64,000 nucleotides of DNA from a virus. Shown one piece after another: positions 49,869-59,837 of the stretch. The translations under genes and the position numbers were made by a program. The stretch is taken from IMG/VR virus record IMGVR_UViG_3300037205_000062, positions 64,001-128,000 of that record, one strand, 5' to 3'. The notes under the pieces were generated by a model. That model had not been told where the DNA came from and did not search any database. It saw nothing but the letters and a program-made list of their open reading frames with translations. The stretch's first letter is position 1. Every line of letters starts with the position of its first letter.

Positions 49869-50254
49869 GGGGATGAAAGGTTTCGATTAATAGTATTGAG
49901 ACTAAGTAGCACGCACTGGATTACTGTTGGCCAGTTAAAACATCAGTAAAAACATTAAATGCTAAATCAGCACTTAAATCACTTGTTAGCAAGAGCTTCC
50001 TAAAGCTTGCGCCTCAAGCTGAACTAGCAGTAGCCTAATTAAGACTACTCCATCAACCAAAAGATGCTCGATATTTTGGAAGATGAACTATGCGAGCAAA
50101 AAACCTTAGATTAATTGGGGTTTAGAATTCAATTAATATAATTGTATTTAATTTTGTTATTTTTAGAATACAATAAGAATTAAAAAATAAACAAGCGTGT
50201 AGAGCTAAATTGATATGTTATTAAGACCCGTCTTCAATGACGGCATCTCCACCA
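49869..50254 (+). ncRNA. ssrA: tmRNA; tag peptide AKSALKSLVSKSFLKLAPQAELAVA* (49961-50038)
   Basis: 5' GGGGATGAAAGGTTTCGA, 3' CCGTC-TTCAAT-GACGG-CATCTCC-ACCA with G3.U pair; resume codon GCT after TTAAAT; upstream TTGACA promoter. Confidence 0.93.
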
Positions 50255-50276
50255 TTGTAAGGCTAGGGATTATAAT

Positions 50277-50311
50277 AAACCCATTCTTTTTGAATAAGAT
50301 TGGGTTTTTTT
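50277..50311 (+). terminator. Rho-independent terminator after tmRNA
   Basis: AAACCCA...TGGGTTT hairpin followed by a T run. Confidence 0.65.
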
Positions 50312-50469
50312 GTGTCTATATATTATGGGCGAGCAATATAAATTAATAGCAATTAAACGAAAATATATTCCAGAATGGTTATTTTTTGTTATGTCAGTAC
50401 CAATTGATTTTATTAGTCCAAAATGGCTCCCATTTAGGTATTTATTTACTACTCCAATAGAATAAAAGT

Positions 50470-50745
50470 ATGCCCGAATCTGACTTACAAAAGGAAATGT
50501 TAAGAGAGGCTAATTTAATACTTGATAGTATAGATTGGTTAGAAAATCAAATAGATAAAAAAATAATTTTATTTGATAAGGCTATGGAAATTAGTGATTT
50601 TGAGGTATTAAAAAATGTTGAATTAGAAATAGAAACCTTATTATTAAAACTCCATAAAGAGGAAGAAAATATGGATAATTATATGATAAAATATAGAAAG
50701 CTAATTAAAGATGAAAAAGAAAAAATTCTACACAATCCTAAGTAA
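50470..50745 (+). CDS. Hypothetical coiled-coil protein
   Basis: 91-aa helical ORF. Confidence 0.55.
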   Translation: MPESDLQKEMLREANLILDSIDWLENQIDKKIILFDKAMEISDFEVLKNVELEIETLLLKLHKEEENMDNYMIKYRKLIKDEKEKILHNPK

Positions 50746-50856
50746 AATTACCAGACATATTTATGGAGCTTTTGAAAGAAACAAAGAGGGTTTGCTTCAA
50801 GCTAAAAAATATAAAGAAAAGCTGAAAAAAGAAACTAAAATAGATTTTATAATAAA

Positions 50857-51087
50857 ATGAGTAAAAATAATATAAATGCTTCATGTATTTGTGGTAGTTC
50901 AACTAAGACACTTGACATGGATAATATAAATAAAATAAATGAATTATTGAATGTTCTTATCGCTTTTGAATATCATAAAGATCAAGAGGAAAAGAAAAAT
51001 AACGTTAATTTAAGTGGTCAATCTTTTACTTTATTTCATTTAATACAACTTAAAGAACTTATTGATAAAGAGTATAATTTGAAATAA
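50857..51087 (+). CDS. Hypothetical protein
   Basis: ORF in co-directional run. Confidence 0.5.
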   Translation: MSKNNINASCICGSSTKTLDMDNINKINELLNVLIAFEYHKDQEEKKNNVNLSGQSFTLFHLIQLKELIDKEYNLK

Positions 51088-51092
51088 TACAT

Positions 51093-51368
51093 ATGATTAC
51101 TTTGAGCTTGATTAAAGAATTATTTTTTATTTCACTTTACATTAAAAAAATCGTAAGTGTGACGTTTAATATAAAATATAATCTTGATGTTAAAGTAACT
51201 CCAGATGGATTTTTGACTATTTATTATAATGGCAACTATATTTGGCGTGAATTAATAGAGGGGCCAACTTCAATGTTTGGCGTAGAATCATGCGACGCAA
51301 TTTCTCGTATTATTGCTTGTATTGATTCTAATGATTCTTCTTGGCCTAAATATAGGTTCATTCAATAA
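51093..51368 (+). CDS. Hypothetical protein
   Basis: ORF in co-directional run; start uncertain. Confidence 0.5.
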   Translation: MITLSLIKELFFISLYIKKIVSVTFNIKYNLDVKVTPDGFLTIYYNGNYIWRELIEGPTSMFGVESCDAISRIIACIDSNDSSWPKYRFIQ

Positions 51369-51407
51369 AATCTTGACATTTATATAAGAGTAATTTATAC
51401 TTCTTAT

Positions 51408-51947
51408 ATGTTAGGTACACTAAATAGAACAAGATGTTACTTGGTTGGTTCTATGGAATTCTCAAACGGCCAACCATGGAGAAATTATGTTAAAGAACAC
51501 TTAAAAGAGACTGGAATAATTTTTTTCGATCCTTATCATAAGCCATTTATCTCTTCTATTGAAGAAGATGATGAAGCGAGGAAAGATTTCAAAAACTGGA
51601 TGCAAGAGGAGCAATACGATAAAATGGCTAAATTTATGCGTATGATTCGTGCCGATGATCTTAGACTATGCGATTTAAGTGATTTTTTTATAGTTCAAAT
51701 TAATCCACAGGTAGCTTCATGGGGTTCAGCAGAAGAATTGACAACGATTAATAGACAAAAAAAACCTGTTTTTATTTTTATAGAAGGTGGCAAAAACAAA
51801 TGTCCAATATGGATTATGGGTATGATACCTCACAAATACATTTACAATAATGTTGATGAAATTTTAGAAGTTATAAACAATATTCATTCTGGAGCAAAAG
51901 AAATAGATAGTGATAGATGGCATCTTCTAAAAACAGAATATAGATAA
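51408..51947 (+). CDS. Nucleoside 2-deoxyribosyltransferase-like protein
   Basis: YLVGSM..WR...FDP...DL...D...SWGSAEE...KKP. Confidence 0.75.
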   Translation: MLGTLNRTRCYLVGSMEFSNGQPWRNYVKEHLKETGIIFFDPYHKPFISSIEEDDEARKDFKNWMQEEQYDKMAKFMRMIRADDLRLCDLSDFFIVQINPQVASWGSAEELTTINRQKKPVFIFIEGGKNKCPIWIMGMIPHKYIYNNVDEILEVINNIHSGAKEIDSDRWHLLKTEYR

Positions 51948-51948
51948 T

Positions 51949-52596
51949 ATGGAAAATACTAATAATAGTTTATTGATTGACAAAATCAAAAACGGTGATA
52001 TTCAGGCATTTCAAGAATTTTTAGAAGAAAACTTTAAAAAATCTAAATGTATTATTCAGAAACAATATAGATTATCTTATCACGACTTAGAAGATATTAT
52101 ACAAATAACTAGCTTAAAAGCTTGGAAATCTATAAGAAATCTTAAAAAAATTAATGAACCTTATAATTGGTTTTTTTCAATATTTAAAAATGAGACAATT
52201 AGATTTCTTGTTCATAAAAATGAAATAGAAAAAAATGAAATATCTGATTTAACTTTTTCGGAGGAAATTGATTTCTGTAAAAATGATAACATTTACCATC
52301 TTACGGTGTTAGACCAAATATTAAATGATACGGCCAAAACTTTTCTTGAAAAGAAAGAGGATATTGAAGAATATAAAAGGGTTATTCATTATATGATGAC
52401 TAAACTTAAAAAAAATCATAAGGAAATTATTGAATTAATTTTAGTTCAAGAAAAATCCTATAAAGAAGCTTCAGATATTTTGAAAATTCCGTTAGGATCA
52501 ATTATGAGTAGATTACATTATGCGAAGTTAGAAGCGCAAAAAATTATCAATGAATATTCAAAGAGTATTAACATCGAACTTGCTATCTTGGGATGA
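51949..52596 (+). CDS. ECF-type sigma factor
   Basis: GD..AF, EDIIQ...KAW, W...I..N, SYKEASDIL.IPLGSIMSRLHYAK. Confidence 0.88.
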   Translation: MENTNNSLLIDKIKNGDIQAFQEFLEENFKKSKCIIQKQYRLSYHDLEDIIQITSLKAWKSIRNLKKINEPYNWFFSIFKNETIRFLVHKNEIEKNEISDLTFSEEIDFCKNDNIYHLTVLDQILNDTAKTFLEKKEDIEEYKRVIHYMMTKLKKNHKEIIELILVQEKSYKEASDILKIPLGSIMSRLHYAKLEAQKIINEYSKSINIELAILG

Positions 52597-53125
52597 ACCT
52601 ATTGGGGTTCCTTTTCCAGAACATCTAAGACTTTTAGTAGAGTCTATAGATTGGAAATCTACTACTTGGCAATCATTTGGTTTGCCAGTTCATTTAGGTA
52701 AATATTCTATTGTGGGAAAACTACTATATTTAGATGAATTAGCTGATGGCACCCAGAAAGTTGTTAGAGAAGAAATAACTGGTACTATTTATGCTAGTGT
52801 TCTTTTAATGGATAATATAGATTTTGGAACATCACATTATGCTATTACTTTTTCTATTACCTTTGTTAAAGGAGAAATATTAGAAATTAAATTAGCTGAA
52901 TTACAATCATTAGATAAGGTTGAATATAATAAAAATATACAAAATTTTCAAAATAGTTTTAAGAAAAAACTAAAGTTTAAAAATTCTTGGTTTTATAAAA
53001 ACATTTATATTCCATATTATTTTATACTTAAGGCTATATTTTTTATTCCTTTATGGATTTTAATGTCTTTACAATATTTGGTTGTTGGATTATTTAAGTT
53101 ACTAACTTGGTCATGGAATGAATAA
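52550..53125 (+). CDS. Hypothetical protein with C-terminal membrane anchor
   Basis: Hydrophobic C-terminal helix. Confidence 0.5.
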   Translation: MNIQRVLTSNLLSWDEPIGVPFPEHLRLLVESIDWKSTTWQSFGLPVHLGKYSIVGKLLYLDELADGTQKVVREEITGTIYASVLLMDNIDFGTSHYAITFSITFVKGEILEIKLAELQSLDKVEYNKNIQNFQNSFKKKLKFKNSWFYKNIYIPYYFILKAIFFIPLWILMSLQYLVVGLFKLLTWSWNE

Positions 53126-53275
53126 AATTTATAAAATAAAAAAGCTACATGAATTACCCGAAGACCCATTGGGTGTCGATAAAAAGAAAAGAGATAAAAT
53201 TGAGGAAGCTATGGGCAAAAAGTTTACTGATGCGGAATGGATAAATTATAAATTAATGATTTTAGGATTAAAAAG

Positions 53276-54244
53276 ATGAAATATTTATCATATCAAGATG
53301 TATTATTAGTGGCTAATTATTCAGAATTAGAGACTAGGGATAACGCTGATGCTTCTGTAGAATTATGTGGATTTAAGTTTAAACTTCCAATAGTTCCATC
53401 GAATATGTTAGATGTAATAAATCCATTGTTAGCAAAATATTTATCAAATAATGGATATTTTTATATTTATCATAGATTTGGAAAAGGTTTTGATGTTAAT
53501 CTAACAGATAATTTGAATACTGTTTATTTTGTTAAAATTGCCAACAAAGAGAAATGGTCATTAATTAGTATTTCTACTGGTATTAACCAAGATTCTTTGA
53601 AAGAGTTAATGACTATTAAAGCTTTAAGGTTACGTGTTGATTTTATTACTATTGACGTTGCTCATGCTCATCATATTAAAGTAAAACAGCAAATAAAATG
53701 GATTAGAGAGAATTTACCAAATACTAAAATCATAGCTGGAAATGTAATGACTTCTCAAGCTTGTATTGATTTAAAAGAATGGGGGGCAGATGTTTTAAAG
53801 ATTGGCGTTGGGCAAGGTTCAATTTGTACGACACGTTTTCAAACTGGTTTTTCTATGCCTATGTTTAGTTGTATTCAAGAATGTAATTGTTGTGATTTTA
53901 ATGTTCTCCCTATTATTGCTGATGGCGGAATACAAACTATAGGTGATATATCTAAAGCTTTGGTGGCAGGGGCCAAGATGGTTATGAGTGGAAAACTATT
54001 TGCTTCATGTATTGACTCTCCAGCCCAAATACTTGATGGGAAGAAACAATATCGTGGTTCCACGTCATTTGCGGTTAAAAAACACAATAAACATATCGAG
54101 GGTAAAACTATTGATTTAGAAGCTGATATTACTTTTGCCGAACGTCTTCAAGAGATAAAAGAAGCGATTCAGTCATCAATTTCGTATGCGGGTGGGAAAA
54201 ATTTAGATTCATTTAAAAAAGTCAAATGGATTGAAATCACATGA
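53276..54244 (+). CDS. guaC: GMP reductase (IMPDH/GMPR family)
   Basis: IDVAHAH, IAGNV, GVGQGSICTT, IADGGI, IEG, QSSISYAGG; no CBS domains. Confidence 0.8.
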   Translation: MKYLSYQDVLLVANYSELETRDNADASVELCGFKFKLPIVPSNMLDVINPLLAKYLSNNGYFYIYHRFGKGFDVNLTDNLNTVYFVKIANKEKWSLISISTGINQDSLKELMTIKALRLRVDFITIDVAHAHHIKVKQQIKWIRENLPNTKIIAGNVMTSQACIDLKEWGADVLKIGVGQGSICTTRFQTGFSMPMFSCIQECNCCDFNVLPIIADGGIQTIGDISKALVAGAKMVMSGKLFASCIDSPAQILDGKKQYRGSTSFAVKKHNKHIEGKTIDLEADITFAERLQEIKEAIQSSISYAGGKNLDSFKKVKWIEIT

Positions 54245-54619
54245 AACATAATATTGAACAATTAGAGGCGAAAATTGACAATCTTATTTTAGAAGCACAA
54301 AATAAAATTAAAGATGTTGTATCTGGTAAATTACATACAGATAATGATATAGAATTAAATTTAATAGTTAATGAAGTAAAAAAAATTATTAAAAAACTTA
54401 AGAAATTAAAAAAGGAATTAATAGAATGGTAAATAAAATACTTTTACAAGAGAAAGAAGTTACTGATCATTTAATGAATGCTTGGGAACTTTTTTGCCAA
54501 TTAGAACAAACGCACCCTTGCCATGGACCAGATTTTTGCGATGGAATACATAAGTGTCAACAAATCATTATGTGGCGCGAATGTCAAAGAAATAATCCAG
54601 AAAAATATCCCATGAAAAT

Positions 54620-55108
54620 ATGAATCTTTTTGTATTGGATAGAATGCCAGATAAGGCTGCCCAGTATAATTGTGACAGTCATGTTAGAAAAATTATTTTG
54701 GAAGCTACCGAAATGATGGGTTGCGCTTATGATGATGGAGATTTTGCCCCTTGGCCTTGGGTATCTAAATCAAAATTTGTAAATCATCCAATGTCGTATT
54801 GGGTAAGAGAAAATCGTCATAATTTTTCTTGGACACTAGAACATGCTTATGCTCTTTGTAGTGAATTTGAATATCGTTTTGGAAAACCGCATAAATGTTT
54901 CCAATATTTAGATTGGATTTCTCATAATATTCCAATAAATAATTTATCTGATGATAAACAAAGTGATTGGCCAAGATGTTTTGGTTATTGGAAAGAAGAT
55001 ATTGAAATAACTAATGATGCCATACAAGATTATAGAAAATATTATCGCTTGGCAAAACGTCATTTAATGATTTATACGAAAAGAAATTTGCCAGAATGGT
55101 ATTATTAA
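54620..55108 (+). CDS. Pyrimidine-dimer DNA glycosylase (DenV-like)
   Basis: MNLFVLD..P..AA...CD.HV.K.ILE..M, NHP...W, E...RFGK.H. Confidence 0.8.
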   Translation: MNLFVLDRMPDKAAQYNCDSHVRKIILEATEMMGCAYDDGDFAPWPWVSKSKFVNHPMSYWVRENRHNFSWTLEHAYALCSEFEYRFGKPHKCFQYLDWISHNIPINNLSDDKQSDWPRCFGYWKEDIEITNDAIQDYRKYYRLAKRHLMIYTKRNLPEWYY

Positions 55109-55111
55109 TAC

Positions 55112-55140
55112 TTGACAAGAATATAAATAAATCTTATAAT
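55112..55140 (+). promoter_or_regulatory. Perfect sigma70 promoter TTGACA-17-TATAAT, leaderless ATG at 55146
   Basis: Exact consensus. Similar promoters at 49832, 51373, 55469, 57930, 58876, 61824, 62909 (+) and 24480, 29188, 31424, 42416 (-). Confidence 0.85.
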
Positions 55141-55145
55141 TAGAT

Positions 55146-55472
55146 ATGAAGTTACCTTTAATTAATGGTGAAGTTGACACTGATAAACTCAACGATAAAG
55201 ATGCGGCGATATATGAATCCATCATAAACTTCTATGATGTTTGTAAAAAATATAACGTTACTGGTTTCGCGAAACTAATTCTACAAGAAGAAAATGGACT
55301 AAGTATGTTACATATTCCAGATGAAAATGATGAAGTGCGAGCTAGAGAATATACCAAACTTATTACCTATCTTTCAGAATGGATTAATAAAACTAGCGGG
55401 GGGAGATTAATAGTTATTGATACTCAGAAGGATTCTGAATCACAAGAATCAGATGATGAAAAAAATACTTGA
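55146..55472 (+). CDS. Hypothetical protein
   Basis: 108-aa ORF after promoter. Confidence 0.6.
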   Translation: MKLPLINGEVDTDKLNDKDAAIYESIINFYDVCKKYNVTGFAKLILQEENGLSMLHIPDENDEVRAREYTKLITYLSEWINKTSGGRLIVIDTQKDSESQESDDEKNT

Positions 55473-55507
55473 CAAAAGTATAAATAAAATATATTGTTTT
55501 TTTGTAA

Positions 55508-56131
55508 ATGAATATACAAACAATAAAAGTAGAGCAATTTCCTTTAATTATTATTACTGATAGTCATTGTAATTTAGAAAATATAAGAAAATTACAAGAA
55601 TTATATCCAAAAAATGAGATTATCTCATTGGGAGACATTACTACTTTATGGAAACAGAGAGAAGAATTTAATAAATTTTCAATAGATTTTTTTATTAATA
55701 GTAAAATTTGTACTCTATTGGGAAACCATGAGGATTTTATTTTAGCGGTGGATAAAAATGATAGGAATATTATTAGTAATGTAACAAATAAAAATTTACA
55801 AAAATACAATTTAGAAAAATATCACATTGATTTTTTGTCGTCTTTACCTATTGGTTTTAAGTTAGATTTTCTTAATGGCAATTATTATTTAGCATTTCAT
55901 AATTTTCCTAATGATTTATGGGGTTTTAGCGATAACATTACTAAGGAAAAATTCTTAGATAGTTATTCTGTGGTATGTAGTAATTGTATCGGGGTTTTAG
56001 TTGGTCATAATCATAAAAGTTTTATAAAAACATTTGAGGGTATTTTTACTAAACTTATTGGAATTGGCGCGCTAAAGGACAAAGATTACGCCATACTGAA
56101 TGAAGGAGGGATACAATTTAAATCATTATGA
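55508..56131 (+). CDS. Calcineurin-like metallophosphoesterase
   Basis: DSH.N, LGD, GNHE, H, GHNH. Confidence 0.88.
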   Translation: MNIQTIKVEQFPLIIITDSHCNLENIRKLQELYPKNEIISLGDITTLWKQREEFNKFSIDFFINSKICTLLGNHEDFILAVDKNDRNIISNVTNKNLQKYNLEKYHIDFLSSLPIGFKLDFLNGNYYLAFHNFPNDLWGFSDNITKEKFLDSYSVVCSNCIGVLVGHNHKSFIKTFEGIFTKLIGIGALKDKDYAILNEGGIQFKSL

Positions 56132-56394
56132 TTTATTATGATACTATAAATAGTTTATTTGAAATTTCTGCTGGTTTTATTTTTTGGTTTAATATAGTCG
56201 AAATAACAATAGATAAACAAGTAAAAGGAATATCATTTTGTGCCTGTATATATTTTTTGATATGGGCATATTGGAATATTTATTATTATTTTAGCATAGG
56301 ACAAACTTATTCATTTTGGGGTGCTGTGTTTTTAGCTATGCCAAATACTATTTGGATATTGTTGGTAATGAAATATAAGAGAAAAAAATTATGA
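56128..56394 (+). CDS. PQ-loop/SemiSWEET-like 3-TM membrane protein
   Basis: Three hydrophobic helices, K.VKGIS. Confidence 0.55.
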   Translation: MIYYDTINSLFEISAGFIFWFNIVEITIDKQVKGISFCACIYFLIWAYWNIYYYFSIGQTYSFWGAVFLAMPNTIWILLVMKYKRKKL

Positions 56395-56918
56395 GTAAAT
56401 GTGTTTTACAAGATTGGGTGTTAGAATTACCTTTCATGCAACAGTCAGTTTTAATTTCGTCAATTCGTGGGGCAGATGGAGTTATTAAAGACCATCCATC
56501 GAAAAATTTAATGCGTTGGTTACGTAGGTGTGTTTTATTATCAGCATTTGATAAAAGGGTATTGGATAATCCATATGAAGAAGGAGGGGGTAGTTATACT
56601 GGACCAAGTTATCTGACTGAAAAAAAATTAACAGATGATCCTTTATACAAATGGGAAGATATGATGGACGTAGTAGTAAAAGATTTTATGAAATCTCAAG
56701 ACTCCTTACCTTTACATTTTTATTTACATGTAATTCATGCCTCTTCTATTTTAGGTTATCATCATTCCAATGAACGTATTCGTAATTGGTGGAATAAAAC
56801 GTACAATAGGTTGTGCCATGACATGCATTTACATCCAGAAACTCAAGAAGAATTAGATAATAGATTAAATGATAATGAAAAAGCATGGAGAGCAGATGAA
56901 AGTAGATTTAAAAAATAA
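56391..56918 (+). CDS. Conserved phage hypothetical protein
   Basis: VLQDWV..LP.MQQSVL...RG.DG; H.N/PE..E. Confidence 0.6.
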   Translation: MSKCVLQDWVLELPFMQQSVLISSIRGADGVIKDHPSKNLMRWLRRCVLLSAFDKRVLDNPYEEGGGSYTGPSYLTEKKLTDDPLYKWEDMMDVVVKDFMKSQDSLPLHFYLHVIHASSILGYHHSNERIRNWWNKTYNRLCHDMHLHPETQEELDNRLNDNEKAWRADESRFKK

Positions 56919-56919
56919 T

Positions 56920-57354
56920 ATGCCAAAAGCAATCAATATTAATGCCTATCAAGCGGGCGACATCATACAGCTTGCGCCAGATACAGTTATGGTTTCTATT
57001 AATAATGAACACGAACAATTATTTCCATTACTTTTAGATAGAAAATCCCCAAAGGTGCTAACTTTGCAATTTGCCGATATTCAAGATGATAAATATATGA
57101 ATGGAACGACTTATCATCCAATTCCAGAAGAACAAGCGTATTGGCTTTTGAAATTTATTGAAGAACATAAGGGTAAAAATTTCATTGTACATTGCGCTGC
57201 TGGTATTTCGAGGAGTGCGGCGGTTTGTCTATTTTTACATTTAATGCATGGTTACGATTTAAAAGAGAACTTCTGGAAAGTCTCGCACCCAAACAAATAT
57301 GTAGTTGGGGCATTAATGGTGTATTATGCCAAAAATAAAAATAACCTAATTTAA
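56920..57354 (+). CDS. Protein tyrosine/dual-specificity phosphatase
   Basis: VHCAAGISRS (CX5R) P-loop. Confidence 0.88.
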   Translation: MPKAININAYQAGDIIQLAPDTVMVSINNEHEQLFPLLLDRKSPKVLTLQFADIQDDKYMNGTTYHPIPEEQAYWLLKFIEEHKGKNFIVHCAAGISRSAAVCLFLHLMHGYDLKENFWKVSHPNKYVVGALMVYYAKNKNNLI

Positions 57355-57630
57355 GTATGAAGTCAAGGCAAGTTATTTTAAGAGATAAGAAAGTTTCTCC
57401 ACAAAAACTATTGTGTAGCAGATTTTATTTTTAAAAAATTAATATGAAATTACTAGGAATAATAGATGGTGTACCAATTTATGATTACAGTGATGGAGAA
57501 GATGAAGATGATGATTTTGATTATGGCGAAATGCCAGATATTCCTAAATGGCTGGTTATTTTAATGATTACTATAGGGATTGGAATAGTTGGTTATTGTT
57601 TATATGGCTTAATTTGTTTTATAAAATTAC

Positions 57631-57933
57631 ATGAAAGCTTATAAATTATTCAGATTAAAGAAAAATGAGGCAATTACTTCGCTTTTTATCAATAAAAGCA
57701 TAGAATTACCAATTGGACAATGGATGTTGGCCCATAATCATCCAACTAAAGGGTTTCAAGTTCGCAAGGGCTGGCATTCAATGAAAAAGAAATCTGCCCC
57801 TCATTTAAGTAAAAATGGTAGAGTATGGTGTGAAGTGGAAATTCTTGATTTTAAAGAGTTTAAGAGACCAAAAAGTCAAGGCGGTCAGTGGTATTTGTCA
57901 AATCGCCTAAAGATAAATTCAATTTTATCTTGA
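57631..57933 (+). CDS. Hypothetical protein
   Basis: 100-aa basic ORF. Confidence 0.6.
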   Translation: MKAYKLFRLKKNEAITSLFINKSIELPIGQWMLAHNHPTKGFQVRKGWHSMKKKSAPHLSKNGRVWCEVEILDFKEFKRPKSQGGQWYLSNRLKINSILS

Positions 57934-57964
57934 CAAACAAATAAATAAATGGCATACTTTAAAT

Positions 57965-58189
57965 ATGAATAAAACAAATAGTAATAAACGAGTGGTTTAC
58001 GGTGTTTCATACAAGAATCATGGTCGATGGACGACTCCATCAAATATGAGTATCTTTACGAAGACACAGGTAAAGCAATTGAGTGGACAGCCCAAGAATT
58101 CTCCTATGGAGAGGCATTTGGCGGCTTTTACTGAAATTGCCGCGTGGGATAGAAAGCAACCAGCGCGCATTGTCAAGTTTGCTGCTTAA
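57965..58189 (+). CDS. Hypothetical protein
   Basis: Follows promoter at 57930-57958. Confidence 0.6.
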   Translation: MNKTNSNKRVVYGVSYKNHGRWTTPSNMSIFTKTQVKQLSGQPKNSPMERHLAAFTEIAAWDRKQPARIVKFAA

Positions 58190-58818
58190 TTGGGGAAAAC
58201 CAGAAGAGCATTTCCTGTATTAATTTATTGGTAATGCTTCATTGCATATTTAATAAAATGAAATCAAGAAAAATTATTCCAAGAAATCGTACTGATATGG
58301 TGCCTTTATATTATGTATGCGATATTAATAAGACGGATCGTGTGGTATATCAGGGGACTAACGAGGAATGTCGAGATTATGCTATAACAGCTAATAAAAG
58401 TTGTGGGTATACGCTATATTGGTATAAAAATTCATATAAGGTTTTTAAAAAAAATTAATGATTTATGGATGAATATGATAAACAATTTATATATGGCATT
58501 GAACAGATTTTTAATACCTTTCTTGAATTAAATAAACAATCTGATATTAAAATAGGCAGCAAAGCCAGCGTTGATTTTACTAATAAAAAAAATAAATTAA
58601 CAATTGAATTAGAATTTGTTGAAAATAATTTAGAAAATAATTTCACAACGTCTATAATTAGATGTAAGTAAAGAAAATGAAAGTAAATTATATAGTTTCG
58701 CAATTGATTTCCCAAAAATGGGAATGCGCTACTATGCGCCCTAGTCTCTTTACAAAAGGTAATAGAGTTGCAATTTTAGATAGTATATAAGGTGGGAAAA
58801 GTTAAAGTTTCATAAGTA

Positions 58819-58845
58819 ACCCACCAAAAAATGGTGGGTTTTTTG
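58819..58845 (+). terminator. Rho-independent terminator
   Basis: ACCCACCA-AAAAA-TGGTGGGT-TTTTT. Confidence 0.8.
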
Positions 58846-59072
58846 TTTTAGACTTGGTTTTAAGTAAAAAAGTAGTTGACAAAGAAAAAAGTAGATGTTA
58901 GATTAGTGTTGTTGAAAGAATTTTAATGTTAGATTGGTTTAGACCCGTAGATGTACCATTAAACATCATGCTGAGTACAGCGTGCAAGACATCATTGTGC
59001 GAGTCTGTGCGACGTGTAACGTAAGTTACAAAAGTTTCAGTGGCCTTGAAGTCTATTAAAAACCACTTTTTT

Positions 59073-59146
59073 GCGGTATTAGCACAAAAGTAGTGCATTT
59101 GCTTGCCAAGCAAGATAAGTCGGAGCATTACCGACATACCGCTCCA
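59073..59146 (+). tRNA. tRNA-Gly(GCC)
   Basis: Cloverleaf with CCA; T-loop AGCATTA. Confidence 0.85.
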
Positions 59147-59490
59147 TTTTCGTGACTGAATTAAAACGATACTGTTATCGTTAAAGTTTTAAGCAGGTGA
59201 AGAATCTGTTTAAGTTGCCATGAAATCTTAGTAAATAAGGTAGTCAGAAACTTAGATTGGCCAATCGAAGTCTATGATGTAAGCTATTACTTATAGAACA
59301 TAACGGATAGCTTTTTGCTGCGACGGCGGCGAGTGACTGAAATAAAATTGAAAAGATGTAATGCTTGGGCGTAGAAAGGAATCGCCCCGATTTAATTTAT
59401 CTTTAGACGAGATAGGCAAATGTCCTATTTACGAAAAGTGCAGGGAAAGCTACCTAGAAAGCTTGACATGATGGAGAGACATCTTTTCAT

Positions 59491-59565
59491 TGTAAGGTAT
59501 CATAACAGTAATGAATTTGCCTGTTAAGCAAAATTATGCAGGGGCGGAACCTGCCCTTACAGCCA
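59491..59565 (+). tRNA. tRNA-Asn(GTT)
   Basis: Cloverleaf with CCA; T-loop GGCGGAA. Confidence 0.85.
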
Positions 59566-59684
59566 AATCATAAAGATAGTTATCCCTCTTATTTATAAGA
59601 TTACTCGAAAACGAGAAACAAAATAGGTGATGCTTGAGTGGGATTAAAATGGATAATATAGATTAATTTCTGTATTGTTCACTA

Positions 59685-59774
59685 TGCTGCGTGAAGGAAA
59701 ATAGCCTTGTCGCCCTCATAAGGCGAATACTGAAAATGCGTATAAGTGGATAAAGACCCGCCGTTCAGCAACCA
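59685..59774 (+). tRNA. Atypical tRNA(CAT), Met/Ile2
   Basis: TCGCC-CTCATAA-GGCGA arm, long variable arm, irregular T arm and acceptor, ACCA end. Confidence 0.6.
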
Positions 59775-59837
59775 TTTAGATAATCCTTGTGCCTTAATAA
59801 CTTATAGAAAAATCGGCAACGGCAAGAATTAAAAAAC

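Noticed and set aside
4995-55809. Short ORFs nested in or antisense to long genes (e.g. 4995-5222, 5048-5236, 17945-18136, 34199-34417, 43104-43352, 55564-55809)
   Set aside because: Shadow frames of well-supported genes with no motifs.
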